Part shown: positions 15,050 to 29,187 of the stretch, one piece after another
Layout: each line of letters starts with the position of its first letter
How positions within the stretch are numbered: position 1 is the first letter of the stretch
Assembly: GCF_009914755.1 (NCBI RefSeq)
Contig: NC_060931.1
DNA length: 64,000 nucleotides
From: the human T2T-CHM13v2.0 reference genome, Homo sapiens
Strand: one strand, 5' to 3'
Made by a program: the position numbers and the translations under genes
Notes under the pieces: model-generated
What the model was told of the DNA's origin: nothing
The model's database searches: none
Seen by the model: the letters and a program-made list of their open reading frames with translations, nothing else

Positions 15050-16260
15050 GGAAGAAACAGCAGTTAGGAAATTATGTTTGGAAGTGAGGGGAACCCCAAA
15101 CCTTATTCTCCAGCTTTCCCGAATGCAATGGGAGCTCCCTGGGAGCTTAGGCTCAGGCTAGCCAGAGCGGTATGTATCTGTATTTGGCAATACATGACAC
15201 TCACTGATGAAAAATTATTAAGAAATTTTTCTTAGGTGGAAAAAGGCATAATGTAGAAAAACATGAGCACTAAAATTGTAGACAATTTCAGCAATACTCC
15301 CAAGCTAAGTGGGGTGGGAAAAGGGAAAAGTGTGATAAGATTCTTATGTTTCTTGGAGAGTAGAGGAAATAATCAACTATGATCAATTCTTGATGTGGAA
15401 CAAAATGTGTGGTCTTAGGTTTGTGAAAATATTAGAAGTAAACATAAAACAAAGGGAGACACAAATGTGGTGTGAAAACAGTCTAATGATGTGCTCTTTA
15501 TAAGACAAATATCAAAATTAAATTACACAGAAAGGTTAAAAATGGGGATGGGCAAAGATATAAAAGCAAATCTTTTAGAAAATGAAGCTTAAAGTTATAT
15601 AACCATAAAAGTAGAATCTAGGCAAAAAACATTACATGGATCAAAGAGGTATATTTTCTATTGATGAAAGTGATATTCCTCCAAATATATAAAACTTTAA
15701 TCACCCAACACAATGACATTGAAATCTAGTAACTCAAAAGCTGTTAGATAAAAATAAGTAAAAATACAGAATTTTAAATTTTATATCTACAATCTGAACT
15801 ATCTAATCAGGAAAAAATATAAATTTTATATTTTTATCACATGTATTTTTAGAACATAATACAACAGAGAAAGAGTTTACCCATGGGATATTTATAGAAA
15901 CTTACCATGCCACAAAGAAAAGCTTAATATACCCTCCAAAGGGCAGAAATCAAAACTATAAAATAATGAAGACAAGTTAGCTAATGGTTTAACTAAAGAA
16001 GCTATGAAAATGAACAACAAAATAAAACAAAGCCAAAAGTACATATGTAATGAAATGGAACAGTCAAATTATGGTAGGCTTGATCAAGAAAGCCATAATT
16101 AGGTTCTTTGAAAAGATCAATAAAATAGAAAAATCCTTGACAAGTCTAATAATAAAGTTGAAGGAAGGAGGGAGAGAAAGAGAAACAGAGGGAGAGAGAA
16201 AGAAAAAGAAAGACACATAGATAGAACCACAAATGGTGAATGTCAGGTATAAGAAAGGAG
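15050..16260 (+). mobile_element. Highly decayed L1M fragment
   Basis: A-rich, with remnants such as ggttctttgaaaagatcaataaaatagaaaaatcc of L1 ORF2. Confidence 0.6.
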
Positions 16261-16268
16261 TTTTAGGT

Positions 16269-16489
16269 CAGGGGGCAGCAAAAATTTTTTGTAAAGAACC
16301 AGAGTAAACATATCTGGCTTTGTGGGCCACATACAGTCAATGTTTCAACTACTGAACTCTGCCAGTGTAGCTCTAGAACTGCCATAATCATTAGTAAATG
16401 CACAGGCGTGGCTATATTCCAATAAAACTTTATTTACAAAAGCAGATGATCTACTAGATTTGGTTGAGGGCCATAGTTTGCTGATCCTT
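16269..16489 (-). mobile_element. MER58A (hAT-Charlie MITE)
   Basis: cagggggcagcaaaa...ttccaataaaactttatttacaaaagcag...gggccatagtttgctgatcc. Confidence 0.8.
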
Positions 16490-17199
16490 TTTTTGGGTTT
16501 GGGGCAGGGGAGCATCTGGTCAAGATGGCTCAGTAAAATATACGCTTTGCCACAACCCATTGTGTTCCAAATTTCTAGTAAGGATAGATGAAATGTAAAA
16601 AGAGAAAACTAAAACATTCAAATTCAAAACAAGATAAATATTTTCATGAACCAGAAAAATAGACAAAACCCCAGACAGAGAATTGCAAAGCATGGCAGTG
16701 CTGAGCAGGGCTGTGGTGGAGGGTGGACAGCTCGTTGGGTCTGAGAGTGGGCTGATGTGGCTGGAAATTCAGGAAATCCCTGCAGGGAGCTAGACTTGCT
16801 CCACCAGAGATGAGGTCTGAAGTGACCTCTCTTATTAAGGAGAAAATTATGAGACCTCTGCTACATGCTGGACTGTTGTTCCTTCTCAAAGAGGTTGACA
16901 CATGCCAGGGCCTTCTTGAAAATTGGGGCTATTTTTGGTTGTCATGATTGGGGAAGCCCCTCTAGTCTTTAAGTAGAGGAGCAAGTAATACTAGACCTTC
17001 TGCCACCCACAGATCGGCAAAATTGATCTGTTCTGAATGTCCCAACAGACTAAATTTATTATACCTAGAAATTGATGATATTTTAGAATATGATAATACA
17101 GAAAAGTTTTTATAAGATAAAATTTCCATCGATGTTGTAGAAGATTGTTAGGAAAAGAGAAGCTTATGTGGGAACAAAAAAGTATTGTCAATTTTTTTT

Positions 17200-17537
17200 G
17201 TTAAGTGGCTTAAAACTACACAGTTATTTTCTCTTATTTTCCATGGGTCAAGAGTCCAGGTACCATGTGGCTGAGTCTTCTGCTCACAATCTAATTAGTC
17301 AGCAATCTAGGAGGTGATTGGATTGCTTTCCTTTCCAGAGTCTGTGGTCCTCTTCCCAGCTCATACGGTCATTGGAAAAATTCAAATTCAGTTTCTTGCT
17401 GTTGTAGGACTGAGATCCCTGTTTTCTTGCTCAGTGTTAACCAGGGCCTGTTCTTGACTCGTAGAGGTTGGCTGTATCCTCGCTCACTCACAACATGACA
17501 GCTTAGTTCTTCAAGACCTGCAAAAGTATCTCTCCAT
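17200..17537 (-). mobile_element. MLT1-family LTR fragment, truncated
   Basis: aagtggcttaaaac...gggtcaagagtccagg...aattcagtttcttgctgttgtaggactgagatccctgtttt. Confidence 0.65.
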
Positions 17538-18765
17538 CTATTCATTTTTTAAAAAATAAATATGTTGTCTGTAATCCTGTGATCCCAGCTACTCTGGAGG
17601 CTGTATTTGCTTTCAGCTGTGGAAGGAAAAGAGCATGTGTGCTCACCCTCCTTGCTGTTCCATGCCATACCATCACTTAGGGAGTGACTTCCACACTTTC
17701 TCCTAACAAGGCCCAGCCCATTCGTGAGAATATCATGGTGCTCCTCTCTTTTTCACTTTGACTGTCTGTAGTTTGTCTTGATGTGTTCTCACCAGTGTAA
17801 TTAAAATAATTTCCTCCTTTTCTCCATCCATACAAACAAATGTGCTCTGTTATTACTTATCCTGTCGATTATTTTTAATCTGTGTCCATCCTATCTCCAC
17901 TGTTTCCTTTTCTTGTGCTTCTTGTGCAGAAATGGCTTATAATTTTTAAACTTTTTCTCAAACATTTTGTTCTGCCCATCCTTTCACTGCTTTTCTTCAA
18001 TACTCCAAGATATTGTCCCAGAAGTCCCTAAGGCTGTGTTCATTTTCTTTTCAATCTTTTCTTCCTCTCTGATGTTCAGGCTGAATAATTTCTATTAATC
18101 TATTTAAAAGTTACATGACTTTTTTTGGGTAATTTCTTATTCTGCTGTAAAGTTTATCCCATGTTTACTTTTATTTCAAATATTATATTTTTTCATTTTA
18201 GAATTTCTATTTTTACAATTAATTTCTATTTCTCTGCTGTGATTTCATATCAGTCAATTAATTATAATCATATTTTCATTTAGGTAATTGAGGAGAGTTA
18301 TAATAACTAATACCTTTACCCACTTATTCCAGTATCTAGGTCGTCCTGAGCTGCTCTCTGCTGATTGTCTTTTCTCTCTTATTCTTTAGATGTTGAGTAA
18401 TTTTGTATCATAGCTTGGACATTGTGAATGTTATGTTGAATTTTATTACATATAAGACCCTGAATTTTCTTATATCCCTTCAAAGACTTGACTTTTGTTT
18501 AGAAGGTAAATAACTTCGTTAAATTCAACCTGCAAACTATCTCTTGTGAAGCAACTCACATCTCAGGTCTGTTCTTTCAGACCTGGCTGAACTCCTTGAA
18601 GTCTGTCCTGAACATGTGCTTCAAGGGTCAGCCAGAGACTTGGCCAGAACAGGGTTTGCGGCTCCCTTTCTCTGGCTCTCTCCTTTCTGACATACCCTCT
18701 CACTTTCCAACGGCCCTGGTTGTCCTGAATTTTACCCTCTGGTTCTTCCTTAGAAAGCTGGCACG

Positions 18766-19121
<356 letters not shown>

Positions 19122-19194
19122 TTAGCCATTCTGTGGCATGTAGACAGGGGCTGCCCTCAGGCTAGAAGTTGTGGAACTAAGACATTCAGATTAT

Positions 19195-22100
19195 GAGAGC
19201 AAGATGGCAGACTGGAAAGCCCTACTGCTTGTCTTGTGCACAAAAACAACTAAAACAATGAATAAGCAATTACTTTTTGATGAAAATAATGGGAGGAGAG
19301 CACCAGAGTACATCAAAGGAGTGACAGAAACCCTGGTGAGAGCACAGAAACTCAGAATGGAGAATGGAAGGACACACCCAGCCTTCAGCACCCATGCCCC
19401 ATCTGGGATCATCTGGGACCCAGAAGTATCTTCTCCCTGCAGGGAAAAAGTAAGCAAGAGGATCCCAGCAAACCCCGTCAACACCCTGAATGTTATATTA
19501 GTTTGTTCTTGCATTGCTATAAAGAAATACCTGAGACTGGGTCATTTATAAGAAAAGAGGTTTAATTAGCTCATGGTTCTGCAGGCTACACAAGCATGGT
19601 GCCAGCATCTGCTCAACTTCTGGGAAGGCCTCAGGGAGCTTTTAGTCATGGCCAAAGGTGAAGCTGGAGCTTGTATGTCACATGGCGAAAGAAGGAGCAA
19701 GAGAGAGGTGGGGGGAGGTGCCATGCTTTTTAACAACCAGATGGTGTGAGAACTCACTATCATGAGGACAGCACCAAGCCATGAGGGATCTGTCCTCATG
19801 ACTCAAACACCTCCCACAAGGCCCCACCTCCAACATCAGGGCTTACATTTCCACATGAGATTTGGGCAGGGACAACATCCAAACTGTATCAGATATCTAC
19901 AGCTCTCACCACTACGGGCACTAAGCTCAGCTGAGGGAGCTGCCTGGAGTCCACACAGCTGTGCTCCTCCCAGAGAAGGAGCCAACACTGCCCATCCCCT
20001 GTGTCCCATGCAGCTACTGTGCTACACCATCTTGGCAACGGAACTGCTGCTGGAGGATGTCTTGCTCCAGCTGTGAGTGACCATGGCACCCTTTCATCCC
20101 TGAGGCCAAGGTGCCACTGAAGCACCTCTGTTGGTGGCCCAACATCCCCAAGCTGAGCTGCAAGCAGCAATTACACCCTTCCCTGTGAGGCCGAGCAGTG
20201 GTAGAGCTGCTCCACCTCACCCTCCCAGTCATGAATGCACCCTAACCCCTCAGGCTGGAGCTGAAGGTGCACACTCCCATTGCACCTGGGCACTGGAGCT
20301 AAAGCTGAACACTGCCTCCAGAGGAAACAGTGCCCTGGCGGAGCTGCTCCGAAAACCTCTCCAAGTTGCAGCTGTGTCCTGCCCCATGGGACTCAAGCTG
20401 AAACCTCCAAGGGTACTATTTGGTGATCCCCACATACCCCTAGTAGACACTGCTGTACCTTGCCCTCCCGTGCTCGAGCTGAAGCGATACTTAGTGTCTT
20501 GGGGAAACGGTGCTGTGGCTGCCTATACCTCTCTGTGCCTGAGCCGAAGTGGTACCCTGCCTCCAAGGAAAATAACTTGGCCACCCAGAGCAGTCATGCC
20601 TCCCTGGAGCCTAGGGTGAAGCAGTGCTCTGCCTCTCAGGAAATTGTGTCTTGGCCACCCAAAGTGGTCATGCACCACAATACCAAAGCTGAATCAGTGC
20701 ACCATATCCCAGGGAAATGGGCCTGGGCAGCCCAGAGCAGTCATACCCCACAGGCTTCAGCTGAAACAGTGCATCGCCCCATAGGGAATTGGTTCCCTTG
20801 GCTGAGCTAAGCAGCTACATATCCCAAGGCTGAGCTGATGGAGTACCCTATGTCCCAGAGAAACAGAGCAGTGGCTCAGCTGAGACCCTTGCCCTATAGC
20901 CAAACCATTCAAGTACCCTACTTTCCTGGAGCTGGACTCACCCCCTAAAGTTTGAGCTGCTGAGACACCCTTCTTCCTGGGGAGTACTCATAGCTGCGTT
21001 AGTCCTTTCTCTGCAGGGCCCAAACGACATCTGTGCTCTCATTTCGGGGTCCTTGCTACTGCTGCACCTGGCCTCAAAGAGTCTGGGTCACTGCCAAGTC
21101 CCACCATCCCAGAGTCTACCATTGCCACTCCAGCAAGCCTCATTTCCTGTGACCCAAGTTGCCGCTAACTTCTATGGGCTCAGGTTCCTAAATTGCAAGC
21201 ATCCTCTGCTCTCTGGGCCTAAATCTCCAGGCACCTCTTCCTCCCCAGAGCCATGTCAGTGCTGTGTCCTGCCCCCAGGGTCAGAATCTGAGCTATAACC
21301 GAGCTTCCTGGTCCTGAGCTGCTAGGGAGTGCCTCCACATCACAGATCCTATGATGTTCTAGGCAACCCACATCCAACTTTGCCACAGAGAGTAAACCTG
21401 CTCTCCAAGACTCAGGTGCCACAATAGATTCACAAAACCCAGAGCATAGGATGCTGATGCCATAATCACTTCACGCACGTGCACCTGGAACTCAGAGCCA
21501 CTACAGCTGCTTGTAGGACAAGTTAGATTTGATGCAAAGATGGATCTCCTTGGCTAAGTCCCCATTGTGGGAAAAATAAGAATAGGAGGACCACAAAAGC
21601 CATGACATTAAGAACCTCAACAACCTATGCTACCACCACTGCTGCCACAAACCTCTACAGCCTAGGCCACTGAGGCACCCACAGTTATTGTTGACCTTGA
21701 GCATAGCCAACAAATCTGCACAAATACTATACCACTGCACCTACTTGAAAACAGAGTCAGCACAACCTTCTCAATTGGCACACTAAGACCTAATTGCAGG
21801 TGAAAGTGTTTCTCTATGAAAGCCACTCTAGAAATTTTAGAATTTCAGTTATTTCACCAGGTGCACAGACATCAATGAAGGGACATAGAAACTTGAAAAG
21901 GCGAGGAAATATGACATCACCAAAGGAATATAATAACTCTCTAGTAACAAACCCCAATTAAAAGGAAATCAATGCAATTCCAGAAAAGAAATTCAAAATA
22001 ATGATCTTAAGGAAGCTCAAGATGCAAAACAATACAGATGGGTAACTCAATGATATCAGGAAAACAATTTATGATATGAATGAGAAATTCAACAAACAAA

Positions 22101-24525
22101 TAGAAATCATAGAAAAGCACCAAATAGAAATCTTGCAGCTGAATAATTCAATTAATGAAATAAAAAAATACAATAGAGCACTCCAATAGCATACTTGATC
22201 AAACAGAAGAAATAATCTCTGAACTTGAAGATAGGTAGTTTGAAAGTGCCTAGTCAGGTAAAAGAAAAGCAAAACAGTGAAGAAAGCCTACAAGACTTAC
22301 AAGATACCATTAAATAAACATCAAAAAAACCAAAATATGATATGGGAGTTTCAGAAGGATAAAATAAGAAAAAATACATAGAAAACCTATTTAATAAAGT
22401 AATAGCTAAAAACTTTCCAAATCTTGGGAGAGATGTGGTCTAGATCCAGAAAAAGGAAAAATCCTCAAGTGGATCAACCCAAAAATGTCCTTCCTGAGGC
22501 ATATTATGGTCAAATTGTCAAGTCAAAGACAAGAAAATTCTAAAAATAGCAAGAGAAAAGTGTCAAGTCACATACAAGGGAATAATTATTAGACTAACAG
22601 AAGAGTTATTTGCAGAAACCTTACAAGCCAGGAGAAAATGAGATAATCAAAGTGATGAAAGAAAAAAAATTGTCAGCCAAGAATACTGCTATACTTGGCA
22701 AATCTGTGCTTCAGAAATGAGGAAGAAATAGTTTTTCACAGACAAAAACTGAGGGAATTCATCACCACTAAACAGGATTTACAAGAAATTCTCAAGAGAA
22801 TCCTACAACTAGAAGCAAAAAGATGATAATCATTACCATGAAAACATGTACAAGTATAAAACTCATTGTTAGAGCAGTTACACAAAGAGAAAAAGAATCA
22901 AGCCATATATTACTACCATCAAGCCACATTACTCCTATAAAGCCACCAAACCACAATGATGAACATTAAGAGAGAAGAAACAAAGCATTTACAAAACAAG
23001 CAGAAAATAATTAACAAAATGACAGTATTAGGTCCTCACCTATCGTAACAACCTTGAATATAAATGGATAAATTCCTTACTTAAAAGATATAGACTGGAT
23101 GAATGGATTTTTAAAAATTACCCAACTATATGCTGCCTAAAAGAAATGTCAGCTGAAAAGACACATAGACTAAAAGTGAAGGGATGCAAAAGGATATTCC
23201 ATGCAAACAGAAGCCAATAGCAAGCAGGAGTAGCTATATGTACATCAAATAAAACACTTTAAATTAAAAACTGTAAAAAGAGACAAAGATGGTCATTGCA
23301 CTATGATCAAGATTCATTCAGCAAGAGGCTACAACAATTGTAAATATATATGCACCTAATAGCAGTGCACCCAGATATATAAAGCAAATATTACTAGATC
23401 TAAAGGCAGAGATACACTCCAATAAAATAAGAGCTGGAGACTTGAACACCCCACTCTCAGCATCAGACAGGTGACAGAAAGTCAACAAAGAAACGTTGGA
23501 TTTAAACTGCATTGTAGACAAAATGGACCGAACAGACAATTACAAACATTTCATTCAACAACTGCAAAATGTGGTCTATCTTTCATCAGGATTGACCACA
23601 TGGTAGGCCACAAAAGAAGTCTCAACACATTTAAGAGAATTGAAATAATATCGAGTGTCTTTTCTGACTGCAATGGACTAAAAGTAGAAATCAATGAGAG
23701 GTACTTTGGAAAATGTACAAATATATGGAATTTAAACAACATGTTCCTGAACACCAAATGGGTCAATGAAGAAATTAAGAAAGAAATTTTTAAAAATTAT
23801 TATAAATGAAAATAGAAACACAATTTACCAAAACTTTGGAGATACAATAGAAGCAGTATTAAGAGGGAAGATTAGAATAATAAACTCCTACATCAACAAA
23901 AGTAGAACGATTTCAAATAAACAACCTAATGATACATCTCAAGGAACTAGAGAAAAGCAAGAACAAACTAAACCCCAAATTAGTAGAAGGAAACAAATAA
24001 TACAGATCAGAGAAGAAATAAATGAAATTGAGACTAAAAGCAAAACAAAAGATCAATGACACAAAAAGTTGTGTTTTTTTGAAAAAATAAAACCAACAAA
24101 TCACTAGCTAGAATAACCAAGAAAAAAGAGAAAATACCCAAATAAATAAAACTAGAAATGAAAAAGGAGCAATTACACCTGATACCACAGAAATATAAAG
24201 GCTCATTAGAGACTGTTATGAACAATTATTTGCTAATGAATTTAAAAACCTAGATGAAATGGATAAATGTCTGGTTACATACAACCTACGAAGCTTGAAC
24301 CAAGAAGAAATAAAGAACTTAAACAGACCAATTGTGAGTAATCAGAGAGAATATATAATATAAAGTCTCACATTAAAAAAATTCCAGGAGTGAGGGCATC
24401 ACAATTCCTGACTTCAAACTATATTGTAAGACTGTAATAACCAAAACAGCATGGTATTGGTACAAAAACAGACATATAAGCCAATGGAACAGAATAGAAA
24501 ACTCAGAAATAAAGCTGCATGTACA
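19195..24525 (+). mobile_element. L1 (L1M/L1MA-age) with 5' UTR, decayed ORF1 (~21900-22830) and ORF2 5' part; 3' end absent
   Basis: Begins gagagcaagatggcagac; ORF fragments 23471-24059 encode L1 endonuclease-region motifs (IDHMVGHKRSLNTFKRIEIISSVFSDCNGLKVEIN); many stops and frameshifts. Confidence 0.85.
19494..19891 (-). mobile_element. MSTA-like MaLR solo LTR inserted in the L1 5' UTR
   Basis: tattagtttgttcttgcattgctataaagaaatacctgagactggg...ggacaacatccaaactgtatca. Confidence 0.88.
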
Positions 24526-25539
24526 TGTTTTTTTAATTACATTTATTTGTAAATTGCATTACTGATGAATTATATTTTAGGACAGTAGAGTGGCAATTTA
24601 AAATAGTTATTTAACAATGGGGTGGTTTATGTGATAGGTTTGAGAAAGTTGACTTATGAAGCTGTATGCCTATTAATAATGAAGAACACACACATAAAAC
24701 ACACACACGGGAATAACCAAGAAACTTGTCATCTAGCTCTTGAATCAGAGATTTCTCCATTATCAATACCAGCAGAAGTCTTGAACCATTAGCATGCTAT
24801 GGGATCTTGGACTGGGACCATCAAGGGGCAAGAAAAGGACAATGACAAATTTATTAAACAGGAAGAGGTGGGGAGGAGAGAGGGAAAGAGAGAGAAAATC
24901 TTTCCAACTCAAAATGTGTATGAAATAAAAATTTAGAAACTCTTGGGCAAATTTCACAATAGAAAATTCTGATAATCAACTCAACTTGGTAAAATTAGTT
25001 TTGGTTAAATGAAAAGAATAATCTGACAAAGACTTCAACGTGAGTTTTTGGAATTGCTTAGAGTTGTAACTGTAGATATACATAATAATCCAAACTATGA
25101 CTAAAACCAGATAGAAATTATAAATATACTTTTGTATGCAAAAAAGTACTAATTAGACATCCTTAATTGAAAAATATGGTCACAGGAATGCCTGTGCTGA
25201 CAAGAGACACGAATTCTGAAAAAATTTTCTGACTTTTCTACGGCTTCTCACAATTTGCCAAGTTCCACCTGGTAAGGGCAGACACAGATAAGGAGAGCAA
25301 GGGAGAACATCCTTCTCAAAGACTCCCCTACCTAATTTTCCTAGAAAAATCTACTAAGAAGAGAACTGGCATGAAACCCTGCCCTTTACTATGAAATTAT
25401 TCCTGGATGTGAATATTTAGAATTTCTACCATAGCAAACAATTTTCCTGAGTTAAAAATTGTTTCTAATGGCAAACAGTCCTTTTTTTTTTTTTTTGCAA
25501 GTGAAAGGCTTTGTAACCTCTAAATAGTGTCCTTCACAA

Positions 25540-25715
25540 TTAAAAACACAGGCTTTGGGGCTGGGTAGACCTGGGTTTGCTTCCAGCTTTGCCTTTTACT
25601 CAACATGAGGTTGTAGGCAGTATTTGTGTGCTCTATATTTCCTTATCTGTTAAGTGGGGACATCGACTACCACTTAGCTTGTAGAGACACTGAGGACTAA
25701 AGAAGTAATGCATGG
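25540..25715 (+). mobile_element. MIR
   Basis: acaggctttggggctgggtagacctgggttt...tttccttatctgttaagtgggga. Confidence 0.6.
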
Positions 25716-28537
25716 GAAGTCTTCTTTTTGCAAATTTGGTTTCAGTGCAGGTAGAAACTCTCTTACTCAGGGTCAAGCTGGAATGCCTTGGACATTACTA
25801 CCTGCTTGAGCCTTTTGTGTGACAGGAACTGATGCCAGCATTGTTCATTTACCTCTTTTACTTGCTACTTAATCCAGGCCTGTCAAGGACTCCCCATGTA
25901 GATGCAGCCAAACACGACTGAGAAGATGCCAGCTGAATAAAGCCCTCACCATCCCCTTCACTGTTTCCTATTGTTTGTATTTTGATAATCCCACAAGCTC
26001 ACTACAAACTTTCACTATTTAAAAAGTGCTCTGTTAAGCAATGAGAAGTCACATGCACATTAGAGAGCTGATTTTTGAAACTGAGAGTTGGCTGTGGGTG
26101 CCGGCATTGGCAGTGTAGATGTGGAAGCAGGTACCTGCCCGGGGGGAGCAGGGCTGGTCCATGCACAGTTCTATGGGAAGGATTTGAGGACTTCTCTGTG
26201 AGAGGTGCCATCACATTTTAATTACCACCAAGCTTGCTTGGCAATGCGTCCTTTCTTGGCAACATGTGAAAAAATAATTTTGCAAACTGGAAGGCAGACT
26301 GGTGGTTGAATTCTTCTTTGAAAAAGAGACTCTGTGGTGCCCAGAGGGAAATGATATTTTAAGCTTGCCACAGGGCTCCATGTTGCACAGAGAAAGACAC
26401 TTCTCCATGCTATTTTGTGCTCCACAAAGCACTGGGAAAGTCAAGGCACACATGAGAACAAAACTTTCGCAGTGGGGAGTAATTTGAGATTACATCCTTG
26501 GGCCTGAAGGAAAACCTTGAGATGACCATAGTTTGTACTGATTCCCTTTTCCCAGGCTCCTGTGCTGGTAACATGGACAGGGGTTTGTCCTTCTCCACCT
26601 GCCTCTGCCAAGCACTTCTTGGCCGGACTCTGTCTCTCCACACCACCTGGGGCAGTCTGGACTCCCAGAGCGTGGGAGAGTTTTGTCACTTGCCTTACAC
26701 AGATAACATAAATAAAATGTTTTCCAAAGCAGACAGACACTTGGGTAATTCTTTTGGAACACTTAGTTCATGACGTTCCAGTAAATTATTGCATCAGTGG
26801 AGAAGAATGGTGCAGGGCACGAGGGAAAACTTTAAAAGAAAAGTACAAGAGCGAGTTTAGGCAGATTAGCAAATGGCAGAACAGCCACGGCCAACCAATG
26901 GCCACAGGTCATTGCAACCTGTGGGGGGCTCCACTGTGGAGGGAGAGAAGTGCTCCATGCATATGTCTCTGTCCTGCCATGCATGCTCCTAAGACACTTG
27001 GAGTGCTTTGGAGGCCAATAAACAAGGGGGACACCCCAGCTCCTTTAAGGGCTGGAGGAAAGAATTGAGTATTGAACTCAATGATCTTTTAAAAATCAGG
27101 AATAAACCTACATTATTGTCCTCCAGTCCCCTAATCGATGGCACAGATGTGGGAAAGAGCTTGGCTGAAAGTGCTATGAAGACTTCCTGAGTCTTTTCCT
27201 CAGCTTCCTTTGTGTGCTGCAAAGCTAGACTGAATGAGCACCCAGAGAGAGAGGGGTGACTCACGTAGGTCAGGAAGCTGGTTTCAGTGGCTTGAGGGAC
27301 TGGTCTCTGCCCCTATTGTGAGTGAGACTGATGGAGCTACAGGACAGACAAAGGTCAGTCTAACCCCCTCAGGCCTTTCTTACTCACCAGGCTGGGTCAG
27401 GCAGTGAAATTAGGGCCCAGTCACTGTGCCTTATTTCACTTTTCCTGGCTCTGCAATGTAGACGGCAACTCCTGAATGATTAAGTAAATTCTCCCTTACA
27501 CTTTTCTAGTGAGTTTTATGTTGGGGCTAAAGGTGTATATCTGGGCCATTCCCTTTGACCAGTGTCTTAGTGATTTGTAGTTTGAGATTAGGTAGAAAAC
27601 TGATTTTTTCCTTTCTTAATGGAAAGAAACAGGTGCAATAGAAAACACGTTTCAGTCTTAAAACGTCTGCAGCACCTCCTGTGAGTACTGATGGTTGGTT
27701 CATACCCATCTGGTGAATGCCACAGGTGGTTTCAGGGGAGCAGGGAGGCTGTGTGGGAGCCATGCTTGAGCAGTAAAGACCCAGGCCTCGGAGGCAGGCA
27801 CTTGGAGCTCCCCACGCACTGGCTGGGGCAACCTAGGGGATGTTGCCTGACCTTTCTGAGTCTCCCTTTCCTCATTTACAGAATGCAAACTGTACTAATA
27901 GTGCCTATTGCACAGGGTTATTGGGAGAGTTAACAGTGATAGAGCTGAGTCTAATTTTTACCCTTAGCCCGTGCCTGCGTGTGAGTGAGCTCTACTGTTA
28001 GTATTGGTGATCATACAAGTATTAGTATTTGCATGGCTGGAGGTATTCGATAGCAGCAAATCCCCAATTCTGAGAATAAGACTGCCCCCGAAGCTTCTCT
28101 GTGAGGATCTGTCCAATGGTCACAGGAGGAGGAAGTCTGGCCCAGGGACAGGACAAGGATGCAACAGGAAGACCAAATGGCCCCATTGGGACTCATGCCC
28201 AGCTCCAGGGGAAACAGGAACTTCTATGACTCTGCTTCTGCCTATGTCACAAGTGCCTGAACAACTTGCTAAGAAGGCCGGGCAGATGAACCAGCTTGTT
28301 CCAGGCTCTCTCAGTGCACCCGATGGGCAGACATCTGCATCGAGTCCAGGGGGATCCCTGATCCCAGGTTCCTCTGCCCAGCCCTGTGAGGCCCATGCAA
28401 GAGGGCAGGGCTGAGGCTGGAACAGTGAGCGCTGCAAAGTGTTGCAGAAGAACGATTTTCAGTAGGAAAAGGGGAGCAGCAAGAAGATCTAACTAGTGGT
28501 GTTTGTATGTGGTGTATATACCTCAATTATAGTTCAC

Positions 28538-29187
<650 letters not shown>

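Noticed and set aside
20131-20810. 162-aa and 116-aa ORFs
   Set aside because: They lie in the GC-rich L1 5' UTR repeats; chance open frames.
24528-25497. Possible minus-strand retrocopy (AATAAA at 24542-24547 followed by A7)
   Set aside because: Signal is only 7 nt from a short A run; no TSD or recognisable coding sequence.
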